Below the pieces are notes generated by a model, which worked only from the letters and a program-made list of their open reading frames with translations, was not told the origin of the DNA and ran no database searches. Below, in pieces: positions 1 through 10,543 of a DNA stretch of 64,000 bases. Positions within the stretch are counted from its first letter, which is position 1. Each line of letters begins with the position of its first letter. Origin of the DNA: Schizochytrium sp. TIO01. Taxonomy: Eukaryota; Protista; Bigyra: Labyrinthulomycetes. The stretch covers positions 186,001 through 250,000 of the forward strand of contig SMSO01000025.1 in NCBI GenBank assembly GCA_004764695.1, in the 5' to 3' direction. A program made the position numbers and the translations under genes.

Positions 1-1
1 T

Positions 2-3000
2 ATGTTAACCAGGCAACCAGTTCTCCTCCTTGGTAACGACGGGATGTCCAAAAGTCTCTCAATTAAACTGACCATGCGACAGATGCGAGGCAGCCTCTCT
101 GCAAAGGGCCTTCTTAGAGATCATTTCCCACGAGTGCAGTCTTTTGCTTTGCAATTTTCCCCTAGGACCTCCGCAGGTCTGGTTCGCCAACTTGGAAACG
201 CCCTTGTGGCGTTGAATAGCGAAGGAGATTCTTCCTTAGGAGAAGTTCTGCCGTGCGCCGTGATGGAGGAGATGTCGATGGCACGTACGGGTCCTGATGG
301 CCCACTGCGGGCTTTACATGGATTGTTAGATGATCACCAGACGCGTGTGGGCCGTGATCGAAGCAGTACAGCAGGCTCGGGTTCTAATACTTTCGGGTTT
401 TGCGCCACATCTAACTTTCTGCCGAGTATGCAAGGGAAAATTCCAGTGGGCCGTGCGCTAGCCAATCGCATTCTCGTTCTTGTTCACGAAAAGCAGACAG
501 ATGATGATTTGATGAAGATGGCCAATGCTGCGGCCAAGGGTTGGACTAAGCATCCGCTGCAAGTCACAGGGGAGCAACTTATCAAGCGCGCAGTCGGTCA
601 TGTAGCCGTCCGTGATCTGCTTATATTTGCACGAGCCACAGCGCAGGCAGGTATGACTGCGACTGCGCCTGACACTGGCGCTGTCACTTGCGCTGCTTTC
701 TTACAGCGACGGTCGAAAGCAGATTCTGAGAAGACATGGAAAGCGATGAAAATGTATCAAAATAAGGACCAAGATGACAATCCTCGGCTTTTTCGCGACA
801 ATGTTCTTCGAATTTTCCGCGACCCCGGGATGCCATCTCGAGGTCTTTTGATTGTATACGATGATGTGAGAGATCTGAGCGACTGGCTCCACGAATTGGA
901 CGAGCGTCTTTGCGCAAGGCTGTGCTATTGTGAAGCTTATGTGCTAGACCTTTTGTGTCTTAACCTTCCGACGAGGGCGATTGAGCTGACAGGAGCTACC
1001 AAGGTGAGTGAACTTGCGCGCTTGACCGAGTCTGATGTAATTCAGCTCTGCATGACTGGCAATTGCGGAGATGAGGCTCCCAAATTAGCACGCAATTTGC
1101 GACAATGTCTTGAAAAATATGCTCAGTTGTGTGGCGATCCTTCTCCCCTTGTCCTACGCACAAAGCTTGCAAAAGGTCTGAATGCTGAACAAGATGTTGG
1201 AGATTGGGTCGATACGGTGTTCACCTCATTTGGGAGCTTAAGACGCGAGAGGATTCGCACGGCCTTGGGGAAGCGGAATATTCGCACACCAGGTGATCTT
1301 GCAGATATGTCGGTCGCCGATTTTTTGATTCCAACATGGCGCGAAGAAGCTTTTACATGTCTCACGCTTAAAACAGCACGTTGTGCGCTTTCGGGCGGCA
1401 AGATCCCTGTAGACGTTCGTGACGAGCTCAAATGTCACAACAAAGTTCTTAGGATAGCGCTTGAAGCGGCACCTGAGGGCCCTTCGAAAGCAATGAAGAT
1501 ATTGAAGGCTTCAACAGAGAGACAACGCGAAATTATCTGCGTGAGTAGTTGGGCGCGAAGTGCAGATGATGCAAGTCAAGAAGCGCTGCTGCGGTTGCGA
1601 ACAAGCATTCAAAGTGGTGGGACAGCGGTTCTCGTGAATCCAGAGCCAATTTTAGATTGCATTCATGCGCTCTTGAATGACTTTACTGATGGGGAAACAT
1701 CAACACTGCAGATGGGCACCTCTTTTGAAACGGTGTCGATTGGTCCTGGTGCCCGCCTCATCTTGTGTATGCACTCCAAGCAAATTCAAAATGTTCATGA
1801 TGCCGTGCTCTCACGCGTCTCGGTGGTGAATTCTGGGTATCCAATCCCAAGACAGATACCGAGTACCACGTTACGTCCTACGTCTGTCTATGCTCAGCTC
1901 GCAGCTCGAGTGCGGAACGCGGGTACGAATTGGCCTAGAGAAGAGGATCGGCACCTTCTTAAAAGTCTTGACGACACAAGTGGAGTATTGAGTGAGCGTC
2001 CTGGTAAGCTCGTGACGATTCTTTCCAGTGAAAGCAAAATCGAGACGGCCTCGAACCAATTTGTCCGGGTAGAAGCTCGAGATTATGCATCCTTGGAGGC
2101 ATTTTCTCGTGCACTCGGTGCCGCACTTAAACGTGGACGGGACCTTCTTATTGACCTTTCTGTGCTGTCTCAGGCAGACACTGTGAATGTGTTTTTACTT
2201 CTTGGCATGGCAGACTCGTATCACCACGTAAGCCCGTTGTCAAGTCGCCTCCGTCCCAGTGAAGCCTTGAATAACCTCTTTGATCAACATCTCTTTTCTA
2301 AGCGCCGTCGGGCAGTTTTCCATGTGAGCCCACTCGCGTTCTCATGTTGCTATCCATGCGAGAAGCTTCGTGGCCTGGTGGAGCTAATTGAGATTCGTGA
2401 CACCAATCGTAGCATTACCAGTAGATGGCCACGTCTCGTAGATATCGCTGTCGATGCCACATGCGTGGCAGATGCTTGCCGGGAGCTGCTGGAAAACTAT
2501 CTCGGAAGAAACCGAGGTTTACATGGCGATGCCGCAAATAGAGCATCTGCTGCCGCGTTGGCACGACTTTCTGTGGACGGTGTGTTTTTGAAGACATGGG
2601 ACCTAACTAGTGACGACGATAGTCGCCGCATTAAGGCATGGCAGCAAATGTGCGTAGCAGCAGAATTTAGTTCCAAGTCCCTGAGGACTCATGTACTTGA
2701 AAATCTTCGCGGTACCCTTTTTCGTTGCGCAGATTTTGTCGTACGAAAGACAGGTGGAAATTCCTCCATCACGGGTATTTCCTACACGGATGACGACGCT
2801 CAATTCTGGTGCTCAGATGAGGAAGTGGCCGCGGCAATCTTTGCTGCTTCAGCATTTCCTTTTCAGCAACAAGGTGCTATCAACACAGAGCAGAGCTCCT
2901 CGATGATGGCACAATCGATTGCGCGCACAGAGTCAAAGAGATCTCAGTTTCCTTGTTCTTCAGAGCTGTTTGCTGCTGCTCAGGGCGGCATGGATAGTAT

Positions 3001-6000
3001 GAGAAACGCGTTTCCGAGTCTTTCGTTAAGCAGGAAGATGCTTCCTGAACCCCTGGTACGGCGTCTAGTGGAAAGTTTAATGCAAGAGCTCACACTCTCA
3101 TGGCGGCTCCAAGATACCGGGGTGCTGTGCCCAGACAGTTTTATTAAGGCGCTATTGAGGTTAGGCGACAGTGAACCCACACTACCCACTGTGGTGAATC
3201 AGTTTTGGCTCTGGCGGCATCACATCCTGCTGCTTGGGCTAGTGAATGGCGATATGGAGATTGACTTGAGGAATGAAAATGCGATGGACCATGTTTTCGA
3301 GGTTGTTGGCAAGGCTTTACACCGCCAGGAAACATCTTCTAACGTTGAAAGCTTTGAACGGATCTTACGATACTGTAAGGGAGATCGTGTACGGATGAGG
3401 GATGCTGGTGATCTTGAAACTCTTGTTTCGCTTTGGCTTGCCTTTAAGCGTTCCAAAACGAGCAATGAGCTCCGCTGTGCGATTGAGTTGCAAGAGGGGT
3501 CGAAGCCATTAAGCTTTGATCCCAAGAACATCAGTTCACTGGTTGTACGCCTAGAAGGGGTCCGGGCGCGCCTCAAGCCAAAGAGCATTGCCCGTTTCGT
3601 GGAAAACCTGCTAAAGCACGAAGTGTCCGAAAATCTACTTGCACGCTCCCTTTGCCTTGTCCCAGAGAGAACATATTTGCAGGTTACTCGCATGGCCGAC
3701 ATAATCGCAGCTCTGGAAGATGACGTGATTTTAAACTCCCAACAACTCCAACAGCGTCTGTGTGGTGCCTTGCGAATCGTTGCGCTGGGTCTTTTAAAAA
3801 GCACTTCGCTGGAACCTTGGGTGAGATTCATGTCACCCCAAAGACACCAACGCATAAAGACTATGAGCCCAGCTGCGTGGAGGCTTTTCTGCGCAGTGTT
3901 CGGTGCAAGAGTAATCGAAGTAGCTCTCGAGCAGACGTCCGTCAAAGCTTCACAGGCAGCACCTCTGTTGCGGGCAGACTGCCCTGTCTTTACGCCACTG
4001 CGCAATTTTACAATTCGAAAAATAATGTCTATGCATGGCGAATCAGGTATGGAAAAGTCGCGGGCCCATTTGAAAGCAATGAGCCCTGAAGCATGCGAGG
4101 AATTGCCTTGGTACGAGCCTTTCATGAATCCTCCACGGCAAGGAGTGGACGAGTTGCTTGTGTGCGTTCCAGGGTTCGATGGTGGAGGTGGAGACGGCCT
4201 TTGGAAAGCTTTTGCACTGACGACGGACCCCGTACGACTGAGCGAAGAATGTAGTGCCTTCGAGGGACCAGCGCTTCTATGGAATGCGCTTATCTCTCCA
4301 GGAGGCACATTACATGCTCGTGGTGGAGGCTTTGCTATGCCTTATTATGCAAGGCAAGTTGCGGCATTAACCCTTCCTGGCGTTGGTTTATCTGGTCTGG
4401 AGCTTGTCCGAAGCATTAGCGATGGAACGTCGGTCAATCGATGCCCATCCTGTAAGTTTTTGTACAGTATTGGAAATTGTGGAATGCCGGGTAGCACAGC
4501 GAAGTGTCCTGGCTGCGGAAACGTACTTGGAGGCGAATTTCATCTATTTGCTGATGGGCGAAACCATGGCGTGTCGGGGGAGGAGAGCGAACATATTGTC
4601 GGGCTTCCCGAGACTTTGGAAAGTTCCATAGACTTCAAGGAGGGAATCCTCGAACCCCTAGAGTACCGTGTCTTGTGGCTCTTGATGCTTTTCCCGCTCC
4701 TCTGCAATCAGACCGGTGCAAACGAGGTGAACACCCGCGTTCAACAAGCTAGCAAGGCATGGCACGCGTTCAAGGCAGTCTCCGGGCTTTCTAGCGATGA
4801 AGAGGCCTCGGCCGCTTTAATCGCTTTGCTTTTGGAGGCCCATCACCGGCAACTAAGAAAACAAGCTCACCCCCAACAGCAATACCAACAGAACTCGATT
4901 CCGAATCTTGCCCTGAGTACTAGCACCCTAATTCTCCCGCCCAAAATACGTGCAAGAGACCACCGTGACATGCTTGAGCAAGACTTCAAAAAGCAGCTTC
5001 GTAAGTTACATCGCGGGACGGATTTGAAAACGTGGCTGGGCCAGGAAGCCAAAAAAGCGCTCCATCGCGCGGATGAGGAGCTGCGTAAGCACCCTCTGGT
5101 GCAGCTCCGTGAGAGCAACATTCAAGAACGCCAAGGCCAATCGCCCGAGGGCGCCGCGGAAGTGCACACGCGAATATTCCCTGAAGCTTGCGTGCTTAAC
5201 GTGCACTCTGGATCCGTAGATGATGATGTGTTTAAGGACTTACTTTGGAGCCAACATAAGACGGTGGCGTTAGCTAAGCCTTTGACGATTTTGGCTGCTT
5301 TTGTGAGCGAGAGCGGCCAATGGTCCGGCGATCGCTTTGAGGAATTACTCAAAATCTCACACACATGGGTCCGTGAGGTCCCGCGTGTCTCCCAGTATCT
5401 TGGTGGGCTGGTTGTTGGGGCGCGGAAGCTTCAAGAAAAGGTTTGCAAGGGTAAATACACGACAGCCTTATCTGCGGTGCAAGGGTGTCTCTCTGTGGAG
5501 GAGAGCAAACGCTTTCAAGAGTCGTGGAATGGTTGCCGACAGGGTCATCAGTTTGAGTGCCAAAGAGTTGATGACCTGGGAAGTCTCGAGAGCTTACCGG
5601 TCACTGACATTCTGATTTTGGAGGGTAAGGAAACACCACTGCGAGCCATGCTGAAGACGCTTGTAGAAGCTCACAACGCCATGGTTTCTTGGATGCATGA
5701 TGTCGCGGGGGTTGAGTGCGAGGAAGTCGCCCTATTTGAAGTTGGTGATATCAGCGCCCACCTTACACAATGGCCCTTATTGGGCGCTCTAGTCAAGATC
5801 AAGGCTCCTACTGCATCCGCGAGCTTGGAGAAGGAATTGGCATGGAGCATGCCAGCGGTGAAGTTCTCATTTGATAAGAGCTGGCCCGAAATGCATGTCT
5901 TTGCAGAGGTCACTGGCAGCATAATTCGGGTCATGAAGCTTCCTGAAAGGCAGACCTTGCCCGCGGAAGTTGAAGCCGCAGTTGGAGAGTTGGAGCTCGG

Positions 6001-6499
6001 TGAGCCTGTACGCAACCTTCTTGAACATGCGCAAGCGTGCGCTGCTCGCTTCGCTGCTGACTTGCAGCAGGGACGTCTCATATCGCCAGACGCGAACGTA
6101 ACACTGGAGGTGTCGGGTCAAATCGTGCTTCAGATCAAGATTCGTCACCTCGAGGCACTGCAGGAGATTCTTTGCGGCCGCTTGCAACCGCGAAGGCACG
6201 ACGTGCTCGGTGATGCGTTTCGACAAGCCCCTCCGAAGGATGGTGTCTATGCGCTGCTCAAACCAGAAGCAAGAGAGGCTCTTGAGCGTAATGCTGTGCT
6301 GGACGCACTGGATGCGGCCTGCGCGGATATCTCTAGCTTTCCAAATGGTGAATTACCCATAAGTGAACTCCTTCCATATTGGGGCAATTACGATGATCTT
6401 CCCGAGGATGTACAAGCTGCCATCCAAACGCTTGATGTACCATGCGGGTATCTATACGCAATATTGGATCTTCGCTACGCCTCCTCCTCCGCCGCATAA
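2..6499 (+). CDS. RNF213: RNF213/mysterin-like giant AAA+ ATPase / RZ-finger E3 ubiquitin ligase (probably 5'-truncated by the window edge)
   Basis: 2165-aa uninterrupted ORF. PVLLLGNDGMSKSL resembles the RNF213 AAA4 Walker A (PLFLVGKPGSSKSL). AVMEEMSMA..PLRALHGLL resembles Walker B VVLDEVGLA..PLKTLHPLL. FCATSN and ANRILV match sensor-1 and the Arg finger. GTAVLVNPEPILDCIHALLN resembles AAA5. RZ finger CPSC..YSIGNCGMP..CPGC..GGEFH at 4442-4543. C-terminal FQESWN...LVEAHN resembles the RNF213 CTD. Confidence 0.88.
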   Translation: MLTRQPVLLLGNDGMSKSLSIKLTMRQMRGSLSAKGLLRDHFPRVQSFALQFSPRTSAGLVRQLGNALVALNSEGDSSLGEVLPCAVMEEMSMARTGPDGPLRALHGLLDDHQTRVGRDRSSTAGSGSNTFGFCATSNFLPSMQGKIPVGRALANRILVLVHEKQTDDDLMKMANAAAKGWTKHPLQVTGEQLIKRAVGHVAVRDLLIFARATAQAGMTATAPDTGAVTCAAFLQRRSKADSEKTWKAMKMYQNKDQDDNPRLFRDNVLRIFRDPGMPSRGLLIVYDDVRDLSDWLHELDERLCARLCYCEAYVLDLLCLNLPTRAIELTGATKVSELARLTESDVIQLCMTGNCGDEAPKLARNLRQCLEKYAQLCGDPSPLVLRTKLAKGLNAEQDVGDWVDTVFTSFGSLRRERIRTALGKRNIRTPGDLADMSVADFLIPTWREEAFTCLTLKTARCALSGGKIPVDVRDELKCHNKVLRIALEAAPEGPSKAMKILKASTERQREIICVSSWARSADDASQEALLRLRTSIQSGGTAVLVNPEPILDCIHALLNDFTDGETSTLQMGTSFETVSIGPGARLILCMHSKQIQNVHDAVLSRVSVVNSGYPIPRQIPSTTLRPTSVYAQLAARVRNAGTNWPREEDRHLLKSLDDTSGVLSERPGKLVTILSSESKIETASNQFVRVEARDYASLEAFSRALGAALKRGRDLLIDLSVLSQADTVNVFLLLGMADSYHHVSPLSSRLRPSEALNNLFDQHLFSKRRRAVFHVSPLAFSCCYPCEKLRGLVELIEIRDTNRSITSRWPRLVDIAVDATCVADACRELLENYLGRNRGLHGDAANRASAAALARLSVDGVFLKTWDLTSDDDSRRIKAWQQMCVAAEFSSKSLRTHVLENLRGTLFRCADFVVRKTGGNSSITGISYTDDDAQFWCSDEEVAAAIFAASAFPFQQQGAINTEQSSSMMAQSIARTESKRSQFPCSSELFAAAQGGMDSMRNAFPSLSLSRKMLPEPLVRRLVESLMQELTLSWRLQDTGVLCPDSFIKALLRLGDSEPTLPTVVNQFWLWRHHILLLGLVNGDMEIDLRNENAMDHVFEVVGKALHRQETSSNVESFERILRYCKGDRVRMRDAGDLETLVSLWLAFKRSKTSNELRCAIELQEGSKPLSFDPKNISSLVVRLEGVRARLKPKSIARFVENLLKHEVSENLLARSLCLVPERTYLQVTRMADIIAALEDDVILNSQQLQQRLCGALRIVALGLLKSTSLEPWVRFMSPQRHQRIKTMSPAAWRLFCAVFGARVIEVALEQTSVKASQAAPLLRADCPVFTPLRNFTIRKIMSMHGESGMEKSRAHLKAMSPEACEELPWYEPFMNPPRQGVDELLVCVPGFDGGGGDGLWKAFALTTDPVRLSEECSAFEGPALLWNALISPGGTLHARGGGFAMPYYARQVAALTLPGVGLSGLELVRSISDGTSVNRCPSCKFLYSIGNCGMPGSTAKCPGCGNVLGGEFHLFADGRNHGVSGEESEHIVGLPETLESSIDFKEGILEPLEYRVLWLLMLFPLLCNQTGANEVNTRVQQASKAWHAFKAVSGLSSDEEASAALIALLLEAHHRQLRKQAHPQQQYQQNSIPNLALSTSTLILPPKIRARDHRDMLEQDFKKQLRKLHRGTDLKTWLGQEAKKALHRADEELRKHPLVQLRESNIQERQGQSPEGAAEVHTRIFPEACVLNVHSGSVDDDVFKDLLWSQHKTVALAKPLTILAAFVSESGQWSGDRFEELLKISHTWVREVPRVSQYLGGLVVGARKLQEKVCKGKYTTALSAVQGCLSVEESKRFQESWNGCRQGHQFECQRVDDLGSLESLPVTDILILEGKETPLRAMLKTLVEAHNAMVSWMHDVAGVECEEVALFEVGDISAHLTQWPLLGALVKIKAPTASASLEKELAWSMPAVKFSFDKSWPEMHVFAEVTGSIIRVMKLPERQTLPAEVEAAVGELELGEPVRNLLEHAQACAARFAADLQQGRLISPDANVTLEVSGQIVLQIKIRHLEALQEILCGRLQPRRHDVLGDAFRQAPPKDGVYALLKPEAREALERNAVLDALDAACADISSFPNGELPISELLPYWGNYDDLPEDVQAAIQTLDVPCGYLYAILDLRYASSSAA

Positions 6500-7029
6500 G
6501 CTCAAATCTGGTTTTCCTCGCCGGGTCTTCTCTCTCATGTGGGATGCCAGCCTGCTGCTTCATTCAAACAGTCGCCATATTTGCCCACCAAACCAGTTTC
6601 TTCAACCTCGATTTCGTCAATTTAGAGCTTAGAATTGCGGCCTGCTCATGAGGACTTTCGTCATACAGTTGGGCACAGCTTCGAGTGATATTGTAACTAT
6701 TAAACGAATACGCATCTTGTTTATTTGTGTGTGTGTGTTTAAGGGAGAATATAAATCCCTCGGACTATCCTGGAGTCATGAGAAACTCGAAGTCCATAAT
6801 GCGTCATACAAAACTCGACAATGTTGTGATGCCTTCATTCTCATCTTATTTTTATCAGGTGATGACCGTGGCCATGACTTGGGTGTTAAAACTATATAAA
6901 AACAATCAATATAAACTAAAATAAAATATACTAAAAACGAAGAAGAAAATCCCTGTGAGTAAAACGAAAGAAAGTCACAACATGAACACCCGTTTTTATA
7001 TCAAATTTTTTTAATAGGAAAAAAAAAGA

Positions 7030-7100
7030 AGCGTCAGCCGGGAATCGAACCCGGGGCAGCCGCATGGCAAACAGCTATTTTACCACTAAACCACTGACGC
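7030..7100 (-). tRNA. tRNA-Gly (GCC)
   Basis: Reverse complement GCGTCAGTGGTTTAGTGGTAAAATAGCTGTTTGCCATGCGGCTGCCCCGGGTTCGATTCCCGGCTGACGCT: 7-bp acceptor stem, D-loop TGG, anticodon loop TTGCCAT, T-loop GTTCGATT, followed by a T-run (Pol III terminator). Confidence 0.95.
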
Positions 7101-7647
7101 GCGATATTTGCAAATTGGAGCTGCTCCAAATATAGGTTACTCAGAGTGTAGCAAGGAAAAGGAAAAGTCAGTACTGCGCAGATTGGTAGGAGAGTCCTAG
7201 GTTCCTTGTTCAACAAAGCTCTACGAGTATCACCTAATGAAAGAGCACTCCTAACTTTGAGAGCATGGGCGGGTTTAGGTAGAAAGCAGTGTTTAGAATT
7301 TCTTCTAAAGACAATTCAAGTTGCAACCTTGAAGTGGTTCCGGTAAAACTGAACACTGGTTGAGGGAGGGTTTCTTTCGCTCCTGCGCAGTTGCGCTACG
7401 CTTATTTTGGCGTAGAACTAACCTGGAGCAAAATCTAGTCGTAGCTAGCCAGCCACCTAGCTATTTTCGTTTCTCTTGCTTGCGTTTTCACCTCAGGCAG
7501 GAGCAGCAGAATCTTGGCTTGAAGCCTGCAAAGACGAAACTCAAACAGAAACCTCTCCAAGTTCGCCGTAGTGAGGTGCCAAGCCCTTGTCGGGAGGCCT
7601 GAAGTCTGGCAATACGTGAGACTGACTAAGGTCCAACTTGGAGAAGA

Positions 7648-10543
7648 ATGGTGAAACGCAAGCCCGAAAACATGACGCGAACGCGTGTCAGCACCGAGAG
7701 CGCCAGCTAAGAAGGGAACCAACGTGGCTCTGAAGAGGCAGAAGGTACAGGTTGCTGAAGCTGTGCCAAAGTTCATTCAGCAAGACTTGGGTGAAGATAT
7801 TAATGTCGATGAAGACGATTCGCACTCTCGAAACATCGTGGCTGCGAAGTCTAGGTCGCAGAAGTACCTCTGTTCGGCGATAATTCTGGATCGAATTATC
7901 CCGTTTTTGATGGATCCTGACATCTCGGGACTTTGCAATGCATCCCCAGCTATCGCTGAAGCAATGGATCCTCTTTATTCAAGTACTGTGTTTCCGCACT
8001 CAGAAGCAATTTTTAACTTCATGAGGAGCGTCCAACGCCGCTGCACATATCCATTACGCCTTCCGCCGCCAGGTTTGACCCCGAAGAAATTTTATGACAT
8101 CGTCAGTAATTCCAGTAAGTGCTGCCGATGCTCCCAGCCCCTTCCCAAGTCGATTTTGTACTCTAGTTCATCTACGTACTTCAAATTTTGCTATCTGTGC
8201 TCCTCAACAGAGCGGGGCGTCATATCTTCTTCAGAGGCGTTTTATCCTATGGAGCTTGATCAAGCAAAGCGCTTGGTTAAGGACCTTCGTGTACCAGAAG
8301 CTCTGTGCATCCGAGTAAACTATAAAACCTTACCCGAGAGAAAAACTGGGGGGAAAAGGTATTCAAAAGGCGTCACAGCATACCTTAAATTTGGTTTCGA
8401 CTGGATTCTGCGTGACAACCCGGGGCTTGCTACTAATGCCGCCAAAGAGCTTAATGATAATTTGTCTTGCTTTCCCTCAAGCTCTGTTTCAAAAGGTGAG
8501 CTACAGGCCGAGTCATCCCTCAAGTCGGTACTCTGCCTGACAGAGCTACCGACATGGATTAATGATCATTTTCTGATGGAGCAGCTTCGAAAAAAGAAGC
8601 TGGGAGTACGCAAAGAAGCAGACTTCATTCGCGACACATTCACCGCATCTTCTAATCTGTATACCTGGATACAGACGATATTTACAGGTTTACACAAACA
8701 GACTAAGGAATTTGTCAACGTGAAAACTCTGATGGACGCTTCAATGAGTAAGAATCTACAAAAGTTGAAGGATGACTTTGTAACCAAAGCACATCACTGC
8801 AGTGATATGATGTATGCCCTCGAGACATGGGGAGAGTCCCCTACACGAGAATGGTTCTATGCTCTTGAGGATTGCCATCCTCGAGACATTCCTGATGTGA
8901 TTTATAAGCGCCTTCCAAATACCGATTCTCGTGCCGACTGGCTTCGAGAACATGCTGAAGATCTTGGAATGCCATCTGGTCTTCTTAACTATTTTTCAAA
9001 TAAAGCCAGCCCTCAGGACATTCGCCAGGACCTTTGCCTGAGTGATGCCGCGTGGCGGTGGGAGGGCCTGTCAGAACTTCTTAGTGACAAAGAGCAAGAG
9101 TTTGCGATGAAACATTATCAAACTCAACGTTGGGTTTTTGGTGTGAATCCAACTCTTCTGACGCGTAAGCAGGTTGCGCGGGCTCTCAATATCGCAATCA
9201 GTCTTCGAGAAGAAGTTGCTGAGTTTGATGAGCTTGCTGACATAGAGTTTGATTCCTGGGAAAGTGCTCAGAAGGCATTAAACAACGCACGTAAGAAACG
9301 AAGAATAAATGATAAGAAAGCAAAGATGCTTGAAGAAATGCCACCTGAAGTTCGAAGCTTCATGTGCGCGTTTTATAGTGAAGGATTCACCAGATCTACT
9401 TGGTATCCACGTAGGTTGATGGAGCATTATAATCAAGCTTCATCAATAGCTACCACCAAAGCTGTTATTAAAGCTGCAAGCGAAGGATATGAGCAACTGC
9501 AAAGTTTTATGCAATCTATTCCCGAAACCCACCATTCTGTCGCTCACCAGCTAGTAGAACATCAGTTACACAAGCCTTGTGGCATGAGAAAGCACAAAGT
9601 AGATTCATTTCTTGATGACTTACGCCAGTATCTGGAAGAACGAGAAGACACAGAGACGTATCCTGATATGTTAAAATCATTAATTCAAGAAATCTATCCC
9701 CGGGAACATCAACGCTTTCGCGTACATAAGGTCATCAGGAGGGTGTGTCACGCACTACAGCCCCATGTGGCCGAGATTGAAGTGCTTTTGCACAACCAGT
9801 CAGACCCTGTGAAGAAGCGTGTGATACGCGCAGCGTATTTCCTTCTATGCAATAATTCCTTTCCTTCTTATGTTGAACGTACAAGAAACAGAAATTTTTT
9901 TGATGACCTTCAGGAGGTGCTCAAATTAGCGACGTGGGAGGATCAATCGGCCCCGCTACCAGTCTGGGTTTCTCCGAAACTTCTTGCATTCTTCTTACAA
10001 AATCTCTCCATAGATCCATATCAGGTGATATCTACTGTTGCGAAAGAAAAAGAGGCATACATGCAATTAGAAGGAGAGAACAAATCGATCAGCATGATTG
10101 ACGCGCGCTTCAACATATTTCTTCCAAGAGAGGCTCAAAAATGGTTTAAAACTCATGAACAAGTTCGTAAGCAGTTTCTTTCTCAATTGCATCTCCAAGA
10201 ACGCATGTGGGAATCTTCCAGCTCATCCGCTCGCAAAGGGCTTCCTGAAATCTGTATTAAACGGCTTCAAAAGATAGCTGATACGCACTGGCGCGGATAT
10301 TTTGAAGCGATTGATCAACTGAATCTAGAGTTAACAGCAGTATCAGTTAGGGACTGGGCGCAACTGGATTCGAGTGAGCACAAGAGCGAGCTTTTAACGC
10401 CTGACATTAAAACACTTCTTCTTGATGGGTATTTTGACCTCGCTGCTCGCCGGCTTGGGTTTTATTTTCCTAGGTCAGAGCTTGCGAGAAGAAATAAAGA
10501 GTGGTGTAACTATACAGATCTCAAGATAGTCAATGTTTTGTAA
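7648..10543 (+). CDS. F-box-like / C4 zinc-finger family protein, copy 1 (~950 aa; +1 frameshift near the start)
   Basis: ORF 7685-10543 starts at GTG. The ATG homologous to the paralog starts is at 7648 (MVKRKPEN vs MAKRRPES) but is +1 out of frame. Family motifs: IIPFLMDPDISGLCNASP (F-box-like), LRLPPPGLTP, CCRC..FCYLC, YLKFGFDWILRDNP, HWRGYFEA, DGYFDLAARRLGFY. Confidence 0.75.

Noticed and set aside
3220-4308. 362-aa minus-strand ORF (likewise 62785-63591)
   Set aside because: Antisense shadows of well-supported genes, with no motifs of their own.
7034-7216. 60-aa ORF
   Set aside because: Overlaps the tRNA-Gly gene and is spurious.
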